In this document: positions 37,800-47,035 of the stretch, piece after piece
Layout of the letters: every line of letters begins with the position of its first letter
How positions within the stretch are numbered: position 1 is the first letter of the stretch
DNA from: Patescibacteria group bacterium
Lineage (GTDB): Bacteria > Patescibacteriota > Minisyncoccia > Moranbacterales > JAKLHP01
Assembly: GCA_043803385.1 (NCBI GenBank)
Contig: JAZDKA010000009.1
Coordinates: 3,092 to 67,091 of the forward strand
Reading direction: 5' to 3'
Length of the DNA stretch: 64,000 nt
Program-made: the position numbers and the translations under genes
Notes under the pieces: generated by a model
Seen by the model: only the letters and a program-made list of their open reading frames with translations
What the model was told of the DNA's origin: nothing
Database searches by the model: none

Positions 37800-38594
37800 A
37801 TGAATCCAAAGAATAAAAAACTTTTAATCACTGGAACTGGAATTTTGATTTTGCTTTTGGGAATCGGAATTGGGCTTGGGCTGGGGAAAATATTTTCATT
37901 ATCGAAAAGCCAGAGCGCACAGAGTGAAAATAAAATCACAAAGGAAAAGGGTGGCGAAAATCAATCTTCGGTTGGCGAATTTAAGGTCAGCCGTGTTATT
38001 GACGGCGACACGATTGAAATTGAGGGCGGGGAGCGGGTGAGATATATCGGCATTGATACGCCCGAAACGGTTGATCCTCGAAAACCGGTCCAATGTTTTG
38101 GTGTAGAAGCGTCTAATAAAAATAAAGAACTAGTGGAAGGTAAAACTGTGCGTTTAGAAAAAGACACGACTGATCGAGATAAATATAATCGGCTGTTGCG
38201 CTATGTTTATGTTGGCGAGACTTTCATCAATTTGGAATTAGTGAAGCTTGGTTTTGCTTATTCCTATTCCTATCCGCCGGACATCAAGTATCAAGATCAA
38301 ATTGTGAAAGCCCAGCAAGAAGCGGAAAAATCCAAAAACGGACTTTGGAACGCTTGTCCTCTGGATGCGTCTAAATCCACTACTGTTTCCAAAGAGGATA
38401 TTCCCAAAAAAGATGCTTCCAATGATTGCGCTATTAAGGGCAATATCAGCACGAGCGGTGAAAAAATTTATCACCTTTCCGTCTGCGGTTCTTATGCTAA
38501 AACAACCATTGAAGAAATCCGCGGGGAACGCTGGTTCTGCTCAGAAGCCGAAGCCCAAGCCGCTGGCTGGCGAAAGGCTCTGAATTGTCAATAA
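37800..38594 (+). CDS. Membrane-anchored/secreted thermonuclease (SNase-like) with Cys-containing C-terminal domain
   Basis: [10 protein letters not shown]...[10 protein letters not shown] Staphylococcal-nuclease motif. N-terminal TM. C-terminal GE.WFC.EAEA.AAGWR module. Confidence 0.85.
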   Translation: MNPKNKKLLITGTGILILLLGIGIGLGLGKIFSLSKSQSAQSENKITKEKGGENQSSVGEFKVSRVIDGDTIEIEGGERVRYIGIDTPETVDPRKPVQCFGVEASNKNKELVEGKTVRLEKDTTDRDKYNRLLRYVYVGETFINLELVKLGFAYSYSYPPDIKYQDQIVKAQQEAEKSKNGLWNACPLDASKSTTVSKEDIPKKDASNDCAIKGNISTSGEKIYHLSVCGSYAKTTIEEIRGERWFCSEAEAQAAGWRKALNCQ

Positions 38595-38784
38595 AGAATT
38601 TCAGCCCAAGGCTGATCCCCTCCAAAGGCAGGCAGGCACCTCTGGCGGAAATTACATATCTAATTACTTACGTAATAAATTTATAGCCAAACGTGTCATT
38701 TATCTACGGCCGTGGGAAGATGACACATTCTATAAATTAAAAATAACAAAAAATCATAATTTCCGATTGGAAAAAATAGCAAGT

Positions 38785-38818
38785 AAAAACCTCGCCTTCA
38801 AAAGCGAGGTTTTTAAAA
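38785..38818. terminator. Bidirectional rho-independent terminator (same stem as 35045)
   Basis: AAAAACCTCG-CCTTCAAAAG-CGAGGTTTTTAAAAATTT between convergent genes. Confidence 0.7.
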
Positions 38819-38854
38819 ATTTCTATATTGACAATATAAATTTAAAATACAAAA

Positions 38855-39604
38855 CTATTTAGCTATCCATCCGCCATCAACCACCAAAACCTCGCCATTA
38901 ACGAAATCCGATTCATCGGAGGCTAAATAAACAACGGCCATCGCAATATCTTCCGGTTCGCCAAGGCGGGGATAAGGAGTAGAACTTTCAAAAAATTGTT
39001 TTTGGGCTGGATCAGCAATCATATCTTTGGTCATCGCGGTTTTAATCACTCCCGGAGCGATGCAGTTGACATTAATTTTTTTCGGAGCATATTCTAAGGC
39101 CATTTCTTTGGTTAAAGCAATTATCCCGCCTTTTGAGGCGCAATAAGCGCCGCTTTGAGCAAATCCAACCAAACCGGCAATCGAAGCTATATTGACAATT
39201 TTACCTTTGCTTTGTTTAAGCATTTCGGGGATAACTTTTTTAGAAGCCAAAAAAACGCTTTTGAGGTTAACATTTAAAACCACATCCCAGTCTTCTTCCG
39301 GTGTTTCGTGAAGGGCGCCGAATTTAACAATACCGGCATTGTTGATTAAAATATCCACCCGGCCGAATTTGTCCAGGCAGGTTTTTACCATCTGTTCAAT
39401 ATCAGTTGCTTTGCTAACATCAGTTTTGACAAAAACAGCTTCTCCTCCTGCCTTTTTAATTTGTTCTACCGTTTTTTTTCCGCCCTCTTCTGACCAATCG
39501 GCTACTACAATTCTTGCTCCTTCCTTAATAAAAGCTAGAGCTATTCCCCGGCCAATGCCGGAACCGGCACCAGTAATAATGGCGATTTTGTTTTGTAAGC
39601 GCAT
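38855..39604 (-). CDS. SDR-family oxidoreductase (FabG-like 3-oxoacyl-ACP reductase)
   Basis: IAIITGAGSGIGRGIA, NNAG, YCASKGG catalytic YxxxK. Confidence 0.9.
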   Translation of the reverse strand: MRLQNKIAIITGAGSGIGRGIALAFIKEGARIVVADWSEEGGKKTVEQIKKAGGEAVFVKTDVSKATDIEQMVKTCLDKFGRVDILINNAGIVKFGALHETPEEDWDVVLNVNLKSVFLASKKVIPEMLKQSKGKIVNIASIAGLVGFAQSGAYCASKGGIIALTKEMALEYAPKKINVNCIAPGVIKTAMTKDMIADPAQKQFFESSTPYPRLGEPEDIAMAVVYLASDESDFVNGEVLVVDGGWIAK

Positions 39605-39742
39605 AAGTTTTTTTTAATGCTTAAACTTTACTATGAGTTAATCATAACTCATTACAGTAAATTTTTCAATAAATTTAAATTGGTTTTTTTATTCTGGTGC
39701 AGTATTCTTGAAAATGTATTTTACTAAGAATTCAGAGATAAA

Positions 39743-40192
39743 TCAAACAACAAAAAGAGTAGCGAAAACTAGAATTAAAAACACATCAAAAATAATTTCT
39801 TGCTTTGAATAGTATTTTACGAATCCTTTTATGACAAATTTTCGAAAAGGGAAAAATGGATAAAAATCCGCACCATCCAAAGCATCGAAAACTAAATGAA
39901 AAAAATAAGCTATGGAAAATACTAAACCAAGATTGAAGTTAATTGTTAAAAGTAAAATGGAGATTGCAACCCAACTAAAAATGCTGTGCAAAAAATTTCT
40001 TTGGTCGCCCCAAGGGTCTGCCTCATCTGAAATTGCCTTAAATAACTGGCAGGGCTTAAATAGAATATCGTGGCGAAAGTACGAAATCGTATGGTCTAGA
40101 TCCATTACTAGAGAACCGGCAAGTGCCGCAGGAAAATCTCCAGTTATTTTGCCAATTATTAGTCCAGCTAATACATGTGTAGGTAAGGTCAT
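39743..40192 (-). CDS. YdjM/DUF457-like membrane protein (paralog of 772..1260)
   Basis: MTLPTHVLAGLIIGK + TM helices. Confidence 0.4.
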   Translation of the reverse strand: MTLPTHVLAGLIIGKITGDFPAALAGSLVMDLDHTISYFRHDILFKPCQLFKAISDEADPWGDQRNFLHSIFSWVAISILLLTINFNLGLVFSIAYFFHLVFDALDGADFYPFFPFRKFVIKGFVKYYSKQEIIFDVFLILVFATLFVV

Positions 40193-40230
40193 TTGGAATC
40201 ATCAGGAAAGGATTAAAAAAATTTCTTCCG

Positions 40231-40307
40231 TGGTGCGCCCTGAGGGATTCGAACCCCCGACCCTCACGTCCGAAGCGTGATGCTCTAATCCGCTGAGCTA
40301 AGGGCGC
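40231..40307 (-). tRNA. tRNA-Arg (anticodon TCG), CCA encoded
   Basis: Cloverleaf on reverse complement: GCGCCCT/AGGGCGC acceptor, anticodon arm TCACG-CTTCGGA-CGTGA, TTCGAAT T-loop. Confidence 0.75.
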
Positions 40308-40321
40308 ATATTTTATCTATG

Positions 40322-40393
40322 GGTGGGTAGAGGGAATTGGACCCTCGTACCTGGTACCACAAACCAGTGTTCTACCATTGAACTATACCCACC
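40322..40393 (-). tRNA. tRNA-His (anticodon GTG) with encoded G-1
   Basis: G-1 + GTGGGTA acceptor pairing to C73. Anticodon arm CTGGT-TTGTGGT-ACCAG. Confidence 0.8.
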
Positions 40394-40410
40394 ATTATTT
40401 TTTTACTTTG

Positions 40411-40482
40411 TACGCCCAGGGGGAATCGGACCCTCATATCCAGCTTAGAAGGCTGGTGTTCTATCCATTGAACTATGGGCGC
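40411..40482 (-). tRNA. tRNA-Arg (anticodon TCT)
   Basis: GCGCCCA acceptor. Anticodon arm CCAGC-CTTCTAA-GCTGG. Confidence 0.75.
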
Positions 40483-40502
40483 ATAATCGTATCATTTTTC
40501 TG

Positions 40503-40575
40503 TGCGCTGTGAGGGATTCGAACCCACGACCGTTTGCTTAAGAGGCAACTGCTCTACCAACTGAGCTAACAGCGC
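40503..40575 (-). tRNA. tRNA-Lys (anticodon CTT)
   Basis: GCGCTGT/ACAGCGC acceptor. TAGCTCAGTTGGTAGAGC D-arm. Anticodon loop CTCTTAA. Confidence 0.75.
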
Positions 40576-40637
40576 ATTTAGTGAATAACAGAAAAAATAA
40601 TAACAAAACAAAACTCCTTAGTCAATTAAAACAAAAA

Positions 40638-41951
40638 TTATATTCCGTTAGTCTTCTTGTATTTTTTCCACTCGTTGTCTGACCATCCTTTCGGCTTTGA
40701 AGTTATTTTTTCTTCTCCCGGATGCGGATATTTACTGGGAGAATCATAGTTGCTGTTAAAAACGTCATTGATTATAAGATTGCCGTCTTTGTCTGTGACT
40801 TTCTGGGTAAAAGTGGCTTTCATCGACCCATCAGGATTTCTTTCAATAACTTTCGGTCCGATTATTTCAACTTTTCTGCCGTCATCAGTTCCAAAAAACT
40901 GGAAAGTGAGTATAGTACCCTCTATTTTTGTTTGGATCAAAATATTATTAGGAGTATTATTGATGAAACGCAAATCCGGTCTGGGAATATATACCGTAGC
41001 GTCCATTCCCTGGGGATTGTAATAGGCTACTGGGTAAGCATGATTCCTTCTGGCGGTAATTTCCAGTCCGCTATTAATTGCCGCTCTGAATGCGGTCGTG
41101 GAAACCTGGCAAATTCCTCCTCCGAATTCCGGTTCAGTCTTATCTTTTTTTATCACTAGTTCTGGAGCATAGCCGTGTTCTTCGTCTACCGGGCCTAATG
41201 TTTCGACAAAAGAAAATTCTTCTCCCAGCTTTATTAAAACTCCGTTGAATTTTTTGATAGCCACATTGATATTAAAGATCCTGTTTTTTGGAGAACCCCT
41301 GAAGTTAGATTTTCCTTCTCCGATAATCGTGTTGATTCCCAGATTGTTGACATCCGATGTCTTTACTTTCGGATCAGTAGTTTCATACGGAAGCGATATT
41401 TCTTTGGTTTCTTTAAAATCCCCGCTGCTTATTAAATTTTCTGATAGGACGACGATGCTTTCTTCAGGCTTAATCATTAAGCCTTCTTGTTCCGGAGTAA
41501 AGGAAACAGTCCCATCGCCTTCCAATTTGAATTTTGCATCCACTGGATCCCTATCGAATTTTTCCGAAATTGAATTGACAAAGATTTCAATTTTCTGTTT
41601 GTCCGGAAAAAATTTAGTTTCTTTTCTCAAAAACAGCATCCTGTTTATGCTTGAAAGTAACTTGCAGGCAGGCTTGCTGGTAGGGCAGTAATTTATATTT
41701 TCTATCTCTGATCTTTTTGCGGAATTAATTTTTAAAGACAATTCAGTCAAAATTAGTCCCTCGAGCTGCGCCCTGCTTATTATTTCTTTTTGATCGCCGA
41801 CTGCGACAGACAATTCGTTAAATGAAAAAGGCGATAAAGATTGGCTGGCATCGGTATTCGGTGATTGATTTTTTGTAGCTTTAACCGGCAGGCTGAAAAA
41901 CGCAAGCGTTAAGAATAAAATAAAAATATAGAAAATATTAATCTTCTTCAT
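40638..41951 (-). CDS. Secreted VanW-family protein
   Basis: Signal peptide. C-terminal VanW signature FGGGICQVSTTAFRAA. Confidence 0.7.
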   Translation of the reverse strand: MKKINIFYIFILFLTLAFFSLPVKATKNQSPNTDASQSLSPFSFNELSVAVGDQKEIISRAQLEGLILTELSLKINSAKRSEIENINYCPTSKPACKLLSSINRMLFLRKETKFFPDKQKIEIFVNSISEKFDRDPVDAKFKLEGDGTVSFTPEQEGLMIKPEESIVVLSENLISSGDFKETKEISLPYETTDPKVKTSDVNNLGINTIIGEGKSNFRGSPKNRIFNINVAIKKFNGVLIKLGEEFSFVETLGPVDEEHGYAPELVIKKDKTEPEFGGGICQVSTTAFRAAINSGLEITARRNHAYPVAYYNPQGMDATVYIPRPDLRFINNTPNNILIQTKIEGTILTFQFFGTDDGRKVEIIGPKVIERNPDGSMKATFTQKVTDKDGNLIINDVFNSNYDSPSKYPHPGEEKITSKPKGWSDNEWKKYKKTNGI

Positions 41952-42030
41952 GCTACTTGTTAAGAATAACTTAATTTTGAGCTAAAGAAAAGAGCCAGAC
42001 ATCGAAGAGTGCAGCTCTCTCAAATATTTA

Positions 42031-42137
42031 GGACTTACGCATTTGTCTCTGCCAATCCCGCTGCTCCGGCGCGATAACGGACTATTTTATAATCGCGCCT
42101 CCGAAAAGCGTATTGCCATAGCCAAACGCGTAAGCCC
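42031..42137. repeat. GC-rich ~107-nt structured repeat element, copy 1
   Basis: GGACTTACGCATTTG...GGCGCGAT-loop-ATCGCGCC...CAAACGCGTAAGCCC. Homologous copies at 43365..43470 and 63075..63182 with compensatory changes. Confidence 0.8.
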
Positions 42138-42159
42138 TGTATTATTGTAAGTTGAAATA

Positions 42160-42696
42160 CTAAAAACCCCGTACTTGTATTTTCTTGATTTTATTTACAT
42201 CAGCTTTAGGAAGCCGTATTGTGAGAATTCCATTTTTAAGGGAAGCTTCTGCTTTTTCCGCAATTATGTCTACCGGAAGCACCACTGATCTTGAAAATGA
42301 TCCCCAATAGCATTCTTGGTAATAATAATTTTCCGATCCGACCATTTCTTCGTTTTTCCTTTCTCCCCTTATTGTTACCATATCGTTATTAATTGCGACG
42401 TCCAAATCTTCAGGCTTCACTCCAGCAATAGTTGATTTTATAACGATGTCATTGTCAGTCTGGTATACGTCAATGGTAAGCTGCCCCTCAATGTCACTGC
42501 TTGCTCCCCATGATCCGGACTGGACATTTTGGGAGCCCATTGGAGACATTTCCGGCCGGGTCATCATATTCGGACGCTGGCTCATCATTAACTCGGTCTC
42601 TTCTTCTGAGTAAACAGGCATAGAATTGGCATTTCCTTCATCGACTTTTTTTGTTCCGGTAAGAATTTCCAAAAAGGATTTTTTTACTTTTGTCAT
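42160..42696 (-). CDS. Small heat-shock protein, Hsp20/alpha-crystallin family
   Basis: ACD domain: LTIDVYQTDNDIVIKSTIAGVKPEDLDVAI...FSRSVVLP...GILTIRLPK. Confidence 0.9.
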   Translation of the reverse strand: MTKVKKSFLEILTGTKKVDEGNANSMPVYSEEETELMMSQRPNMMTRPEMSPMGSQNVQSGSWGASSDIEGQLTIDVYQTDNDIVIKSTIAGVKPEDLDVAINNDMVTIRGERKNEEMVGSENYYYQECYWGSFSRSVVLPVDIIAEKAEASLKNGILTIRLPKADVNKIKKIQVRGF

Positions 42697-42765
42697 ATGG
42701 TTGGCTGTGGTTATTTGTTAGCTTATTTTAGTATAAGATAAGGTTTCCCAAAATGCAAGAATATT

Positions 42766-43356
42766 TCAAATTTTGTCTTTGGCGGCAGAATTTCTCGACA
42801 CAATCAAGAGGATAGCAGCCACAGTCAGCGCGATAACCATTATGGAAATATTGGCTGATTTCTGGCTTGAAATTTCTGAAATCCTGGAAATATTATAGGC
42901 GGAGTGTACTAAAAAAGCAGGAACAAGCCCGAAGAAAAATTTGAAGATGGCGTTATTTTTTTGTTTCCCGATCGAATAGGCAATTATTGCAGATGTCGAA
43001 GCATGAATTATCACTATTCCGGCAGTTCCCAAGAAGTCCGGGGAAATTCCTTTGGTAAAATTCCAATAGGCGAAGAAAAGCTCCAGCACGGAAAATCCCA
43101 AACCAAAAAACAAAGAATTAGAAACAATAGTTCTCTCTTCAGAGATTCTTTTTATCGGATTGGAAATAAAAGCATACTTGCTAAGCTCCTCGATTAAAAT
43201 TACAACAAAAAATAGATAATTCAGTGAATTCAATACTCCGTAAACGGATTCCGTGCTGATGGCTGATGGAGCAAATAAAATCAGCGCTATAATTTCCAGC
43301 ATCAAAGCGCCAATTGCTCCGAATATTCCGAGTAAAAATGACTGGATAAACTTCAT
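42766..43356 (-). CDS. Intramembrane metalloprotease, PrsW/CPBP-like
   Basis: Polytopic. EELSK (EExxK) and HSAYN (HxxxN) motifs. Confidence 0.45.
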   Translation of the reverse strand: MKFIQSFLLGIFGAIGALMLEIIALILFAPSAISTESVYGVLNSLNYLFFVVILIEELSKYAFISNPIKRISEERTIVSNSLFFGLGFSVLELFFAYWNFTKGISPDFLGTAGIVIIHASTSAIIAYSIGKQKNNAIFKFFFGLVPAFLVHSAYNISRISEISSQKSANISIMVIALTVAAILLIVSRNSAAKDKI

Positions 43357-43364
43357 TTATTTCA

Positions 43365-43470
43365 GAACTTACGCATTTGCCTCTGCCAAGGCCGTAGCTC
43401 TGGCGCAATGCCGGACAATTCTATAATTGCGCCTCCGAAAACGGCTTGCCATAGTCAAATGCGTAAGTCC
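43365..43470. repeat. GC-rich structured repeat element, copy 2 (compensatory variant)
   Basis: GGCGCAAT...ATTGCGCC and CCGT...ACGG replace GGCGCGAT...ATCGCGCC and CGCT...AGCG of copy 1. Confidence 0.8.
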
Positions 43471-43475
43471 TATAG

Positions 43476-45902
43476 TTATTTTTCTATTTCTATTGCCAGC
43501 TTTTTTGAATCAATAAGCCCTATTTCTTCGGCATGGGAAAGATTTTTGAGATCACTGGAAATTTTTTTAACGAATTCACTTTCAGTCCCGATAGCCAGTT
43601 TTTTAAATGATTCCCCGAGTTTTATGCCTTTTTCGGCCTTAATTCTTCGAATTTCAGCTATTGTTTCCAGAATTATTTTTCCATTCTCCAGATAATTTTT
43701 ACTTTCGAATTCTTTATTTTCCTTTGGCCAAGCGCTTATATGGATTGAAATTGAGTTATCGCTACTAATGAAGAATTGCTGATAAATTTCTTCGCTAACA
43801 TGGGGAAGCATCGGAGCAAAAAGTTTTATCAAAGTGCTTATAGCTGAATATAAAGTAAATTGAGCAGATAATTTTATTTTTTTATCTTCCCCGTAAAGCC
43901 TTCCTTTTATAAGCTCGATATAATTGTCAGCGAATTTTATCCAGAAAAAATGTTCCAGAAGAGTTTTGGCTTTGGCGAATTCATAATTTTCAAACTGCTC
44001 GGTTACGTTTTTGATGAGTTCTTGGAGTTCGGCTAATATCCAAGCATCCGCTTCACATAAATCTTCCGCATTAATAAAAGTTTTTCGATTATAATCTTCG
44101 AGATTCATCATCACAAATCTAGTAGCATTCCATAATTTAGTCAGAAGTTTCTGTCCGGCTCGCATATCATCTTCACTGAAGCGGAGATTCATTCCCAGCG
44201 TTGCTCCGCAGGACCAGAAGCGAAGGGCATCAGCGCTGTATCTTTCAATCATACTCTCGGCGGTTATGAAATTATTAAGCGATTTGCTCATCTTTTCTCC
44301 ATTTCTTGCCAGCCCCCAGCCGGAAATCATTACATTTTTCCAAGGAATAGAATTAGTATTGAGATGCGATTTTACCAAAGTATAAAAAAGCCAGGTTCTG
44401 ATTATTTCAAATCCCTGAACCCGGAGGCTCATGGGATAAATATTTTTTTCATCTTTTTCTTTCCAATGATTATTAATAAGCGGAGTAGTGGAAGAAGTAG
44501 CCCAGGTATCCATTACTTGCGTTTCTCCTTTAATCTTTTTGCTTTGGCATTTTGAGCAAACCGGATTTTTTGGAAGATTTTCCCGAGGATCAACCGGAAG
44601 CTCATTATCTTTAGGCAAGATTATTTCTCCGCAGTTTTCGCAGTACCAAATTGGAAAAGGAACTCCGTAAAACCTATCGCGGGAAACGCACCAATCCCAT
44701 TTGAGTCCGTCAATCCAGTTGTCCAGCTGGACTTTCATAAATTTCGGATACCAATTCAATTCTTCTCCCCGTTTTTTGAACGCGTCCTTTATGTCCAAGA
44801 TCTTAATAAACCATTGCGGAGAAACAAAAAAATCTATCGGATGTTTGCATCGTTCATGAATATTCAATGTGTGGATAATTTCCATTTTATTTTTCAGAAG
44901 TCCTGATTCCTCCAAATCTTTAATTATCTCTTCGCGGGCATTGCTAAGTTTCATACCTTGGTATTTTCCTCCTTTTTCATTTACTCTTCCGCTTTTATCT
45001 ATAATTAGCTTAGTTTCCAGCTTATCTGCCTTCCATTTTTCAATGTCTTCCGTGTCTCCCCAGGTGCAAACCATCATAAGTCCGGTACCCTTGTCCATTT
45101 CAACGTCTTTGCTGGTTTTAACCGGTATTTTTGCTTCCATTAAAGGAGAAATGGCATATCCTCTGGCATATTTTTTGTATCGAGAATCATCGGGATTGAC
45201 ATATAAAGCCACGCAAGCAGGAATTAATTCTGGCCTGGTTGTGGAAATTATGGCCGGATCTCCATTTTCAAACTTGAATTCAATATCATACATCAATGAT
45301 TTTTCTTCTTTATCTTCAAGATCTGCCTGGGCCAGCGATGTCTGGCACTGGGTGCACCAAAAAGTAGGAGATTCTTCGCGATAAACTCTTCCCTTTTTAT
45401 ACAAATCAATAAAAGATCGCTGGGATATTTTTTGGGAAAGCGGGCTGATGGTGGAATAAAGAAGAGACCAGTCAACGCTTAAGCCCAAGCTCTTCCAAAT
45501 TTCTTCATATTTTTTCCCGCCTTCTTTTGTTTCCTTAAGGCAAAGCTCGACGAATTCTTTCTGGGTAATTTTTGATTTGTCCACTTTGTATTTCTTTTCG
45601 ACAAATCTTTCGGTCGGAAGCCCATTGTCATCAAAACCCATCGGATAGAAAACATTCTCGCCTTTCATCCGGTGGTAGCGGATAATAATTTCCGCCTGGG
45701 CATAGCTCATAGCGTGTCCAGTATGGAGCGAATCGGAGCTGATATACGGCGGGGGAGTATCGACGGAAAAAACAGGTTTTTTTGAATTCTCATCAAATTT
45801 ATAAATTCCTTCTTTTTCCCAGAAATCCTGCCATTTTTTTTCGGATTTTTTCGGATCGTAATTTTTTGGAAGTTCTTTATTCATATGGGTTAATGTTAAC
45901 AA
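43476..45902 (-). CDS. valS: Valyl-tRNA synthetase (compact form)
   Basis: HTGHA (HIGH), TTRPE editing-domain motif, KMSKS. No C-terminal coiled coil. Confidence 0.8.
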   Translation of the reverse strand: MLTLTHMNKELPKNYDPKKSEKKWQDFWEKEGIYKFDENSKKPVFSVDTPPPYISSDSLHTGHAMSYAQAEIIIRYHRMKGENVFYPMGFDDNGLPTERFVEKKYKVDKSKITQKEFVELCLKETKEGGKKYEEIWKSLGLSVDWSLLYSTISPLSQKISQRSFIDLYKKGRVYREESPTFWCTQCQTSLAQADLEDKEEKSLMYDIEFKFENGDPAIISTTRPELIPACVALYVNPDDSRYKKYARGYAISPLMEAKIPVKTSKDVEMDKGTGLMMVCTWGDTEDIEKWKADKLETKLIIDKSGRVNEKGGKYQGMKLSNAREEIIKDLEESGLLKNKMEIIHTLNIHERCKHPIDFFVSPQWFIKILDIKDAFKKRGEELNWYPKFMKVQLDNWIDGLKWDWCVSRDRFYGVPFPIWYCENCGEIILPKDNELPVDPRENLPKNPVCSKCQSKKIKGETQVMDTWATSSTTPLINNHWKEKDEKNIYPMSLRVQGFEIIRTWLFYTLVKSHLNTNSIPWKNVMISGWGLARNGEKMSKSLNNFITAESMIERYSADALRFWSCGATLGMNLRFSEDDMRAGQKLLTKLWNATRFVMMNLEDYNRKTFINAEDLCEADAWILAELQELIKNVTEQFENYEFAKAKTLLEHFFWIKFADNYIELIKGRLYGEDKKIKLSAQFTLYSAISTLIKLFAPMLPHVSEEIYQQFFISSDNSISIHISAWPKENKEFESKNYLENGKIILETIAEIRRIKAEKGIKLGESFKKLAIGTESEFVKKISSDLKNLSHAEEIGLIDSKKLAIEIEK

Positions 45903-46052
45903 GGAATGAAGTATTTTTCAAGGATTATCGTATCGATTTTACAAAAAAATAACAATGGTGGTATGATTGATATACAAGAATAGTAAAATTCATTGGGTTT
46001 TTCTGTAGTATTGCATATGCAAAATAAGCTATCTAGAGGGAGGTGATACAAT

Positions 46053-46286
46053 ATGAAAAACCTAAATGCTTTGGACTGGATTGCGATCATAGTCCTTATT
46101 GTTGGAGGCCTCAATTGGGGACTAGTTGGAGTTTTTAATCTTGATTTGATTAAGGCTATTTTCGGGGATATGTCTGCTTTGTCGAGAGTTATTTATTTAA
46201 TCGTAGGAACTTCAGCTGTTTATGTTTTGGCCATATCTTTCCAATTAGTTAAAATCAAAGGAGAACCGGTAAGCCAGCAAGATTAA
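46053..46286 (+). CDS. DUF378 family small membrane protein
   Basis: IVGGLNWGLVG signature. Confidence 0.6.
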   Translation: MKNLNALDWIAIIVLIVGGLNWGLVGVFNLDLIKAIFGDMSALSRVIYLIVGTSAVYVLAISFQLVKIKGEPVSQQD

Positions 46287-46606
46287 ATTCGGCCAGGGTT
46301 TTTCATATAGGCAAGGATTCTTTGGGCTTGCCCCGCACTAATTTTGTGCTGGCTGAAGCCAAATAGTGCTTCGCACTTGCACAAAGTTAGTGCGGGGTTG
46401 ACAACAATTTAAAAATACTCAAAAACACTGGCTTTTTTACAAGGGTGTGCTATAATAGATCTAATTCATCCCCACACCAAATTTTTAAAGTTTCTAATAA
46501 TTGTTGGTCTCGCAGTATAATCATCTGCTTTTTATTAAATACTGTAGAGAAAAATAGAATTTTGGTGTGGGGATAAAGGGGAATTAATTAATTAATATAA
46601 AAAACT

Positions 46607-46888
46607 ATGGCGAAGATGACCAAGTCACAGTTACTAGCAGCACTGGCCGAAAAGACCGGTATTGCCAAGAAAGATGTGACAACTCTAATGGAGGAACTCG
46701 TAAACATGGCTTACTATGAAGTCAAAAAGAGTGGGCTGTTTATTCTTCCAGGATTCGGAAAGATGGTTAAAATGAACAGAAAGGCTCGAGCTGGAATAAA
46801 CCCAGCCACTCAAGAAAAGATTCAGATTCCTGCCAAAACCGTGGTTAAATTCCGATTGGCAAAAGCCGCAAAAGAAGCGGTATTATAG
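46607..46888 (+). CDS. hup: DNA-binding protein HU
   Basis: MTKSQLLAALAEKTGIAKKDV...GFGKMVKMNRKARAGINPAT. Confidence 0.9.
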   Translation: MAKMTKSQLLAALAEKTGIAKKDVTTLMEELVNMAYYEVKKSGLFILPGFGKMVKMNRKARAGINPATQEKIQIPAKTVVKFRLAKAAKEAVL

Positions 46889-47035
46889 TTTTCGAAAAAA
46901 CTAGTTCTTTATACTAGCTCCGGTTAACCCCGGGGTTAGTTTTTTTATATTACATTTCATTTTCTTGAAATAGGCTAGTAAGAGTAGTATTATTGAGATA
47001 GGGAATAATTAAGCAAAATTAAAAACAACAGTTAA

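Noticed and set aside
39912-40280. 122-aa + strand ORF
   Set aside because: Overlaps the - strand membrane-protein gene and runs into tRNA-Arg; translation has no motifs. Spurious.
40589-40637. Possible fifth tRNA after tRNA-Lys
   Set aside because: No acceptor/T-arm pairing recognisable. AT-rich spacer only.
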